Source: Malacoraja senta
Taxonomy: Eukaryota
NCBI GenBank assembly: GCA_038087875.1
Contig: CM075995.1
Location: forward strand, 9,734,001-9,798,000
Direction: 5' to 3'
DNA length: 64,000 nucleotides
Position 1 is the stretch's first letter. The number at the start of each line of letters is the position of its first letter. Below, in pieces: positions 1 through 10,435 of the stretch. The translations under genes were made by a program, and so were the position numbers. The notes beneath the pieces are model-generated. The model was not told the DNA's origin. It ran no database searches and worked only from the letters and a program-made list of their open reading frames with translations.

Positions 1-3000
1 TTTCCTTTCTGCAGTCCATCAAACGTCTTCTTGTTGATGATCTTCGATTCCAACAACTCGCTGGCAGTAACCTTGTCCCGTAGTCCGGGGAAGAGTAGAT
101 GCTTCTTGGTCTCTGTTTCATCAATGGTGGTAATGATGAATTTAATGATGTGTTCGATGGTGACCTTTCCTGACCTGTACTGATGGATAAGGTCTCGGCG
201 TTGATCATCGGTTATATACTCCGAGTTGATCAACTCCCAGATTGTCACGGTCTTCCCAGAGAATTTTCCAGATGGGACACTCATCACAGCCTTTTGGAAA
301 ACGTCCTTGGTGATCTCCTCAGGGTGAAGGTGCACTCTCTTCACTGCTTCCTCTGTCAGGGGTAACAGGGAAAGGTGGGTCTCAGGGTCACTTCTGCATC
401 TCTGCTTCAGCTGTTGGTAGGTGACATGTTCGTCTGTATTTGGTTCAATGAAACCTTTAGTGTTCTCACTGGGAGTGGTCACCAATTGGTTCATTTCCTC
501 ATCGAACATTCCCCGCTTGTAGGCCACGTCCATGGGCAGCCGATGGCTGGTGTTGGGATCAATGATGCCACCAGATGCCACCTGTGCCTGCAGGAGCTGC
601 ACTCCATGATCTTTGGGTACCAGTTCCTTTCTCATTGCTTCAAACAAGGAGACCTTACGCCCGGTGTAAGGGTCCGTATATCCAGTTACCGCTTTCTCTG
701 CAGCCAGTAGCTTCTCATGGAGTTCAGGCCCAACGAGTCCATCCTTCACTGCCTCATCGACGGTGAGGGTGAGATTCTGCACAGGGTCAATGAGGAAACC
801 TGTTGCTGCCTGAGCTTCCAGTAAGATCTCCGCTGTTCTTGGTCTCAGCAGGTTCTTCTTCATTGCTTCATAGAAGCTCATTGTCTCCTGGGTAGGCTCC
901 ACAAACACTCCAGCAATGCTCTCCGACCCCTGAAGGAATTTCCTCACCGACTCCAACTTGCTCACATCTTCAGGTGTTGCCTTTCCTATCTGCAGTCCAT
1001 CAAACGTCTTCTTGTCGATGATCTTCGATTCCAACAACTCGCTGGCAGGAACCTTCTCCCTTAGTCCAGGGAAGAGCAGCTGTGGTTTTTTCTTTGTTTC
1101 TTTCTCTTCAATCACCGTGATGACAATTCTGATAATCTTTTCCACTGTCACCTTCCCTGACCGATACTGTCGAATCAGATCCTTCCTCTGCTCCTTGGTA
1201 AAGTACTCCGAATTAATAAGCTCCAAGATGCTGACAGTTTTCCCAGAGAAGATGCCAGCTGGAACAGACACTGTTGTCTTACCAAAAGTATCTCTGGTCT
1301 GCTCTTCATCATAAACAGGTTTTGATGATATTGCTTTCTCACTCAACGGCAAAAAGAGCTGACCTGACCCTGCATCCTTTCTGCACCTCTCCTTCAGCTG
1401 TTGGTAGCTGACGCTCTCATCCATGTTTGGATCATAGAAGCCCACCATGTTCTCACTGGGAGTGCTCACCAACAGGTTCATTTCCTCATCAAACATTCCC
1501 CGCTTGTAGGCCACGTCCATGGGCAGCCGATGGCTGGTGTTCGGATCAATTATGCCACCAGATGCCACCTGAGCCTGCAGGAGCTGCACTCCATGGTCTT
1601 TGGGCACCAGTTCCTTTCTCATTGCTTCAAACAAGGAGACCTTACGGCCGGTGTAAGGGTCCGTATATCCAGTTACCGCTTTCTCTGCAGCCAGTAGCTT
1701 CTCGTGGAGTTCTGGCCCAACGAGTCCATCCTTCACTGCCTCATCGACGGTGAGGGTGAGATTCTGCACAGGGTCCACGAGGAACCCTGTTGCTGCCTGA
1801 GCTTCCAGTAAGATCTCCGCTGTTCTTGGTCTCAGCAGGTTCTTCTTCATTGCTTCATAGAAGCTCATTGTCTCCTGGGTGGATTCCACAAACACTCCAG
1901 CGATGCACTCCGACCCCTGAAGGAATTTCCTCACCGAATCCAACTTGCTCACATATTCAGGTGTTGTCTTTCCTTTCTGCAGTCCATCAAACGTCTTCTT
2001 GTTGATGATCTTCGATTTCAACAGCTCGCTGGCAGGAACCTTGTCCCGAAGTCCGGGGAAGAGCAGCTGCTTCTTGGTCTCAGTTTCATCAATGGTGGTA
2101 ATGATGAATTTAATGATGTGTTCGATGGTGACCTTTCCTGACCTGTACTGCCACATTAGGTCCCGGCGTTGATCTTCGGTTATATACTCTGAGTTGATCA
2201 ACTCCCAGATTGTCACGGTTTTCCCAGAGAATTTTCCGGATGGGACACTCACCACAGCCTTTTGGAAAATGTCCTTGGTGACCTCTTCTGGGTGAAGGTC
2301 TACTCTCTTCACTGCTTCCTCAGTCAGGGGTAACAGGGAAAGGTTGGTCTCAGGGTCATTTCTGCATCTCTGCTTCAGCTGTTGGTAGGTGACATGTTCG
2401 TCTGTATTTGGTTCAATGAAACCTTTAGTGTTCTCACTGGGAGTGGTCACCAACTGGTTCATCTCCTCATCAAACATTCCACGCTTGTAGGCCACGTCCA
2501 TGGGCAGCCGATGGCTGGTGTTGGGATCAATGATGCCACCTGCTGCCACCTGTGCCTGCAGGAGCTGCACTCCATGGTCTTTGGGTATCAGTTCCTTTCT
2601 CATTGCTTCAAACAAGGAGACCTTATGCCCGGTGTAAGGGTCCGCATATCCCGTTACCGCTTTCTCCGCAGCCAGTAGCTTCTCATGGAGTTCTGGCCCA
2701 ACGAGTCCATCCTTCACTGCCTCATCGACGGTGAGTGTGCGATTCTGCACAGGGTCCACGAGGAACCCTGTTGCTGCCTGAGCTTCCAGTAAGATCTCTG
2801 CTGTTCTTGGTCTCAGCAGGTTCTTCTTCATTGCTTCATAGAAGCTCATTGTCTCCTGGGTGGGCTCCACAAACACTCCAGCGATGCTCTCCGACCCATG
2901 AAGGAATTTCCTCACTGACTCCAACTTGCTCACATCTTCTGGCATTGTCTTTCCTTTCTGCAGTCCATCAAACGTCTTCTTGTCGATGATTTTCGATTCC

Positions 3001-6000
3001 AACAACTCGCTGGCAGGAACCTTGTCCCGTAGTCCGGGGAAGAGCAGCTGTGGTTTTTTCTTTGTTTCTTTCTCTTCAATAACCGTGATGACAATTCTGA
3101 TGATCTTTTCCACTGTCACCTTCCCTGACCGATACTGTCGAATCAGATCCTTCCTCTGCTCCTCGCTAAAGTACTCCGAATTAATAAGCTCCAAGATGCT
3201 GACAGTTTTTCCAGAGAAGATTCCATCTGGAACAGACACTGTTGTCTTCCCAAACGTATCTCTGGTCTGCTCTTCATCATAAACAGGTTTTGATGATATT
3301 GCTTTCTCACTCAAATGCAACAAGAGCTGACCTGAGCCTGAATCCTTTCTGCACCTCTCCTTCAGCCGTTGGTAGCTGACGCTCTCATCCATGTTTGGGT
3401 CATAGAAGCCCACCGTGTTCTCATTGGGAGTGGTCACCAACTGGTTCATTTCCTCATCAAACATTCCCCGCTTGTAGGCCACGTCCATGGGCAGCCGATG
3501 GCTGGTGTTGGGGTCAATGATGCCACCAGATGCCACCTGTGCCTGCAGGAGCTGCACTCCATAGTCTTTGGGTACAAGTTCCTTTCTCATTGCTATAAAG
3601 AGGGAGACCTTACGCCCGGTGTAAGGGTCCGTATATCCCGTTACCGCTTTCTCTGCAGCCAGTAGCTTCTCATGGAGTTCTGGCCCAACGAGTCCATCCT
3701 TCACTGCCTCATCGACGGTGAGGGTGCGATTCTGCACAGGGTCAACGAGGAACCCTGTTGCTGCCTGAGCTTCCAGTAAGATCTCCGCTGTTCTTGGTCT
3801 CAGTAGGTTCTTCTTCATTGCTTCATAGAAGCTCATTGTCTCCTGGGTGGGCTCGACAAACACTCCAGCGATGCTCTCCGACCCCTGAAGGAATTTCCTC
3901 ACCGACTCCAACTTGCTCACATCTTCAGGTGTTGCCTTTCCTTTCTGCAGTCCATCAAACGTCTTCTTGTTGATGATCTTCGATTCCAACAACTCGCTGG
4001 CAGGAACCTTGTCCCGTAGTCCGGGGAAGAGTAGGCGCTTCTTAGTCTCAGTTTCATCAATGGTGGTAATGATGAATTTAATGATGTGTTCGATGGTGAC
4101 CTTTCCTGACCTGTACTGCCACATAAGGTCCCGGCGTTGATCTTCTGTTATATACTCTGAGTTGATCAACTCCCAGATTGTCACGGTTTTCCCAGAGAAT
4201 TTTCCGGATGGTACACTCAACACAGCTTTTTGGAAAATGTCCTTGGTGACTTCCTCTGGGTGAAGGTCCACTCTCTTAACTGCTTCCTCCGTCAGGGATA
4301 ACAGGGAAAGGTTGGTCTCAGGGTCACTTCTGCATCTCTGCTTCAGCTGTTGGTAGGTGACATGTTCGTCTGTATTTGGTTCAATGAAACCTTTAGTGTT
4401 CTTACTGGGAGTGGTCACCAACTGGTTCATCTCCTCATCAAACATTCCCCGCTTGTAGGCCACGTCCATGGGCAGCCGATGGCTAGTGTTGGGGTCAATG
4501 ATGCCACCAGATGCCACCTGTGCCTGCAGGAGCTGCACTCCATGGTCTTTGGGTACAAGTTCCTTTCTCATTGCTTCAAACAAGGAGACCTTACGCCCGG
4601 TGTAAGGGTCTGTATATCCCGTTACTGCTCTCTCCGCAGCCAGTAGCTTCTCATGGAGTTCTGGCCCAACAAGTCCATCCTTCACTGCCTCATCGACAGT
4701 GAGGGTGAGATTCTGCACAGGGTCAACGAGGAACCCTGTTGCTGCCTGAGCTTCCAGTAAGATCTCCGCTGTTCTTGGTCTCAGCAAGTTCTTCTTCATT
4801 GCTTTGTAGAAGCTCATTGTCTCCTGGGTGGGCTCCACAAACACTCCAGCAATGCTCTCCGACCCCTGAAGGAATTTCCTCACTGACTCCAACTTGCTCA
4901 CATCTTCAGGTGTTGCCTTTCCTTTCTGCAGTCCATCAAACGTCTTCTTGTCGATGATCTTCGATTCCAACAATTCGCTGGCAGGAACCTTGTCCCTTAG
5001 TCCGGGGAAGAGCAGCTGTGGTTTTTTCTTTGTTTCTTTCTCTTCAATCACCGTGATGACAATTCTGATGATCTTTTCCACTGTCACCTTCCCTGACCGA
5101 TACTGTCGAATCAGATCCTTCCTCTGCTCCTCGGTAAAGTACTCCGAATTAATAAGCTCCAAGATGCTGACAGTTTTCCCAGAGAAGATGCCAGCTGGAA
5201 CAGACACTGTTGTCTTCCCAAAAGTATCTCTGGTCTGCTCTTCATCATAAACAGGTTTCGAATATATTGCTTTCTCACTCAAGGGCAACAAGAACTGACC
5301 TGACCCTGCATCCTTTCTGCACCTCTCCTTCAGCCGTTGGTAGCTGACGTTCTCATCCATGTTTGGATCATAGAAGCCCGTGTTCTCACTGGGAGTGGTC
5401 ACCAACTGGTTCATCTCCTCATCAAACATTCCCCGCTTGTAGGCCACGTCCATGGGCAGCCGATGGCTGGTGTTGGGGTCAATGATGCCACCAGATGCCA
5501 CCTGTGCCTGCAGGAGCTGCACTCCATGGTCTTTGGGTACCAGTTCCTTTTTCATTGCTTCAAACAAGGAGACCTTACGCCCGGTGTAAGGGTCCGTATA
5601 TCCTGTTACGGCCTTCTCTGCAGCCAGTAGTTTCTCATGGAGTTCTGGCCCAACGAGTCCATCCTTCACTGCCTCATCGACGGTGAGGGTGCGATTCTGC
5701 ACAGGATCCACGAGGAACCCTGTTGCTGCCTGAGCTTCCAGTAAGATCTCCGCTGTTCTTGGTCTCAGCAGGTTCTTCTTCATTGCATCATAGAAGCTCA
5801 TTGTCTCCTGGGTGGGCTCAACAAACACTCCAGCAATGCTCTCTGACCCCTGAAGGAATTTCCTCACCGACTCCAACTTGCTCACATCTTCAGGTGTTGC
5901 CTTTCCTTTCTGCAGTCCATCAAACGTCTTCTTGTTGATGATTTTCGATTCCAACAACTCGCTGGCAGGAACCTTGTCCCGAAGTCCGGGGAAGAGCAGC

Positions 6001-8951
6001 TGCTTCTTGGTCTCAGTTTCATCAATGGTGGTAATAATGAATTTAATGATGTGTTCAATGGTGACCTTTCCTGACCTGTACTGCCACATAAGGTCCCGGC
6101 GTTGATCTTCTGTTATATACTCTGAGTTGATCAACTCCCAGATTGTCACTGTTTTCCCTGAGAATTTTCCGGATGGGACACTCACCACAGCCTTTTGGAA
6201 AACGTCCTTTGTGACCTCCTCTGGGTGAAGGTCCACTCTCTTCACTGCTTCCTCTGTGAGGGGTAACAGGGAAAGGTTGGTCTCAGGGTCACTTCTGCAT
6301 CTCTGCTTTAGCTGTTGGTAGGTGACATGTTCATCTGTATTTGGTTCAATGAAACCTTTAGTGTTCTCACTGGGAGTGCTCACCAACTGGTTCATTTCCT
6401 CATCAAACATTCCCCGCTTGTATGCCACATCCATCGGCAGCCGATGGCTGGTGTTGGGATCAATGATGCCACCAGATGCCACCTGCGCCTGCAGGAGCTG
6501 CACTCCATGGTCTTTGGGTACCAGTTCCTTTTTCATTGCTTCAAACAAGGAGACCTTACGCCCGGTGTAAGGGTCCGTATATCCCGTTACCGCTTTCTCT
6601 GCAGCCAGTAGCTTCTCATGGAGTTCTGGCCCAACTAGTCCATCCTTCACTGCCTCATCGACGGTGAGGGTGCGATTCTGCACAGGGTCCACGAGGAACC
6701 CTGTTGCTGCCTGAGCTTCCAGTAACATCTCCGCTGTTCTTGGTCTCAGCAGATTCTTCTTCATTGCTTCATAGAAGCTCATTGTCTCCTGGGTGGGCTC
6801 CACAAACACTCCAGCGATGCTCTCCGACCCCTGAAGGAATTTCCTCACTGACTCCAACTTGCTCACATCTTCTGGCATTGTCTTTCCTTTCTGCAGTCCA
6901 TCAAACGTCTTCTTGTCGATGATCTTCGATTCCAACAACTCGCTGGCAGGAACCTTGTCCCTTAGTCCGGGGAAGAGCAGCTGTGGTTTTTTCTTTGTTT
7001 CTTTCTCTTCAATCACCGTGATGACAATTCTGATGATCTTTTCCACTGTCACCTTCCCTGACCGATACTGTCGAATCAGATCCTTCCTCTGCTCCTCGGT
7101 AAAGTACTCCGAATTAATAAGCTCCAAGATGCTGACAGTTTTCCCAGAGAAGATTCCAGCTGGAACAGACAGTGTTGTCTTCCCAAAAGTATCTCTGGTC
7201 TGCTCTTCATCATAAACAGGTTTCGATGATATTGCTTTCTCACTCAAGGGCAACAAGAGCTGACCTGACCCTGCATCCTTTCTGCACCTCTCCTTCAGCT
7301 GTTGGTAGATGACGCTCTCATCCATGTTTGGATCATAGAAGCCCACCGTGTTCTCACTGGGAGTGGTCACCAACTGGTTCATCTCCTCATCAAACATTCC
7401 CCGCTTGTAGGCCACGTCCATGGGCAGCCGATGGCTAGTGTTGGGGTCAATGATGCCACCAGATGCCACCTGAGCCTGCAGGAGCTGCACTCCATGGTCT
7501 TTGGGTACCAGTTCCTTTTTCATTGCTTCAAACAAAGAGACCTTACGCCCGGTGTAAGGGTCTGTAAATCCCGTTACCGCTCTCTCTGCAGCCAGTAGCT
7601 TCTCATGGAGTTCTGGCCCAACGAGTCCATCCTTCACTGCCTCATCGACGGTGAGGGTGAGATTCTGCACAGGGTCAACGAGGAACCCTGTTGCTGCCTG
7701 AGCTTCCAGTAAGATCTCCGCTGTTCTTGGTCTCAGAAGGTTCTTCTTCATTGCTTCATAGAAGCTCATTGTCTCCTGGGTGGGTTCCACAAACACTCCA
7801 GCGATGCTTTCCGACCCCTGAAGGAATTTCCTCACCGATTCCAACTTGCTCACATCTTCAGGTGTTGCCTTTCCTTTCTGCAGTCCATCAAACGTCTTCT
7901 TGTCGATGATCTTCGATTCCAACAACTCGCTGGCAGGAACCTTGTCCCGTAGTCCAGGGAAGAGCAGCTGCTTCTTGGTCTCAGTTTCATCAATGGTGGT
8001 AATGATGAATTTAATGATGTGTTCGATGGTGACCTTTCCTGACCTGTACTGCCACATTAGGTCCCGGCGTTGATCTTCGGTTATATACTCTGAGTTGATC
8101 AACTCCCAGATTGTCACGGTTTTCCCAGAGAATTTTCCTGATGGGACACTCACCACAGCCTTTTGGAAAACGTCCTTGGTGACCTCCTCTGGGTGAAGGT
8201 CAACTCTCTTCACTGCTTCCTCCGTCAGGGATAACAGGGAAAGGTTGGTCTCAGGGTCACTTCTGCATCTCTGCTTCAGCTGTTGGTAGGTGACATGTTC
8301 GTCTGTATTTGGTTCAATGAAACCTTTAGTGTTCTCACTGGGAGTGGTCACCAACTGGTTCATCTCCTCATCAAACATTCCCCGCTTGTAGGCCACGTCC
8401 ATGGGCAGCCGATGGCTGGTGTTGGGGTCAATTATGCCACCAGATGCCACCTGAGCCTGCAGGAGCTGAACTCCATGGTCTTTGGGTACCAGTTCCTTTC
8501 TCATTGCTTCAAACAAGGAGACCTTACGCCCGGTGTAAGGGTCCGTATATCCCGTTACTGCTTTCTCTGCAGCCAGTAGCTTCTCATGGAGTTCTGGCCC
8601 AACGAGTCCATCCTTCACTGCCTCATCGACGGTGAGGGTGCGATTCTGCACAGGATCCACGAGGAACCCTGTTGCTGCTTGAGCTTCCAGTAAGATCTCC
8701 GCTGTTCTTGGTCTTAGCAGGTTCTTCTTCATTGCTTCATAGAAGCTCATTGTCTCCTGGGTGGGTTCCACAAACACTCCAGCAATGCTCTCCGACCCCT
8801 GAAGGAATTTCCTCACCGACTCCAACTTGCTCACATCTTCAGGTGTTGCCATTCCTTTCTGCAGTCCATCAAACGTCTTCTTGTCGATGATCTTCGATTC
8901 CAACAACTCGCTGGCAGGAACCTTGTCCCGTAGTCCAGGGAAGAGCAGCTG
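1..8951 (-). repeat. Coding tandem array of PRD+linker units; unit starts at 8951, 7970, 6983, 6002, 5018, 4037, 3050, 2069, 1082, 101
   Basis: Spacings are 981, 987, 981, 984, 981, 987, 981, 987, 981, all multiples of 3. The same periods appear in the recurring antisense ORFs at 958, 1945, 2926, 3913, 4894, 5878, 6859, 7846, 8827. Confidence 0.96.
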
Positions 8952-10435
8952 CTTCTTGGTCTCAGTTTCATCAATGGTGGTAATGATGAATTTAATGATA
9001 TGTTCGATGGTGATCTTTCCTGACCTGTACTGACGGATAAGGTCCCGGCGTTGCTCTTCAGTGATATACTCTGAGTTGATCAACTCCCAGATTGTCACGT
9101 TTTTTCCAGAGAATTTCCCGACTGGCACAGATACAGTGGCTGTTTTGAAGATGTCGTGTGTCTGTTCCATGGTATATCCTCCCTTTTTTGTCTCTGCTCC
9201 CTCGGTCAATGGCAATAGAAAAAGGCCAGATTCCTGATCCTTCTGACACCTGTCCAGCAGCTGGAGGTACGTTAAGTTCTCCTGTGTGTTGGGGTCAAAG
9301 AATGCCTTGGCATTGTCACTGTCTCCTGCAACTATTGTATTCATGTCCTCTGTGAATATACCCTGTTTGTATGCTTGGGCCAGGGGCATGCGATGGCTGT
9401 TCACTGGATCAATGACACCACCAGTGGCAATCTGTGCCTGCAGCAAACGGATGGCGTAACTTGGGGAGATCAAGTCCTTTTGCATTGCTTGAAATAAGGA
9501 GATCTGGTCGCCAGTGTAGGGGTCCCTGTAACCTGTCACTGCCCTCTCTGCAGAGAGCAGTTTCTCCTGCAGCTCTGGTCCGACCACTCCCTCCCTGATG
9601 GCCTCGTTGACGGGCAGTTTCCTGTTCTTTGCTGGGTCAATGATGAAGCCGGATGCTGCCTGAGCCTCCAGCAACACCGTAGCTGTGGTGGGCTTTAATT
9701 GTCCCCTTTTCATTGCCTGGTAAATGCTGACTTTCTCCTTTGAGGGCTGAATGATCAGGCCAGCAACACAGCTCTTGCCCTGCAGATAGTTCTGAACATC
9801 TTCCTTCTGTGACAGATCCTTGACGGAGACGGATCCTTTCTTCAGTTTGTCCAACTGCTTCTTGCTGAGAATGCCCACCTGATGTAAGCGAGCGGCTGGC
9901 ACTGACTGGCGCAGGCCACTGAAGGAGAACGCAGCCTCGGCACTTTCCTGGGCAGAGTCCACCACATCCCGACCGTTGGCAAGAGCTCCCAGAGTGGGGG
10001 CAGTCGCTGCCTGCACTTTGGCGGTCTCTTTGGATATGACTTCAAGCTTCTGAGCTTTCAGTTGCTCCAGCAATTCCCTGAGTGCTTGGTTCTCATCAGC
10101 CAGCTGCTTCTCTTTCTCCTGTCTCCTCTTCTCCATTTCCTGAAGCTCTCTCTGCTTCTCCTGGACTTGGTCCTCAGCCTCTCTCTGCATCCTGAGTGCT
10201 TCATCCATACTATCCTGAAGTCGGGCCTTGTCGTCCTTGAGTTTCTTCATTTCCATCATCTGTTCATCCTTCAGAGACTTGGATTTCTGCAGCTCATCCT
10301 CATATAGATGCTCCAACTTCTGCTTCTCCGCCTCAATCATCTTCTCTTTCTGATCAGCAGCTCCTTTTCACTGAGAAAGGATTGTTGAAGGACCTGTGTG
10401 GTGTGGACAATTTCTTTCTTTTTCCCTGCCTCCAT
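1..10435 (-). CDS. PLEC: PLEC terminal exon (32-equivalent), partial: rod end plus at least 11 plakin repeat domains; apparent -1 frameshift at ~10353
   Basis: gtgcag|ATG GAG GCA gives [27 protein letters not shown]. After the shift it reads [20 protein letters not shown]...LANGRDVVD...[13 protein letters not shown]. The same codon phase holds at 10352, 8951 and 59, and the ORF track shows no stop-terminated ORF in this frame. Confidence 0.95.

Noticed and set aside
1-8951. Interpreting the PRD array as a separate epiplakin gene or a PLEC-EPPK1 fusion
   Set aside because: The array is in the same exon and frame as the plectin rod end and PRD1, and its ~330-aa units have plectin-type short linkers. 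An internal plectin expansion fits better.
183-9355. Recurring plus-strand ORFs (MLTSSG.., MVGDMF.., MPPVPAG..)
   Set aside because: Antisense shadows of the minus-strand PRD repeats.
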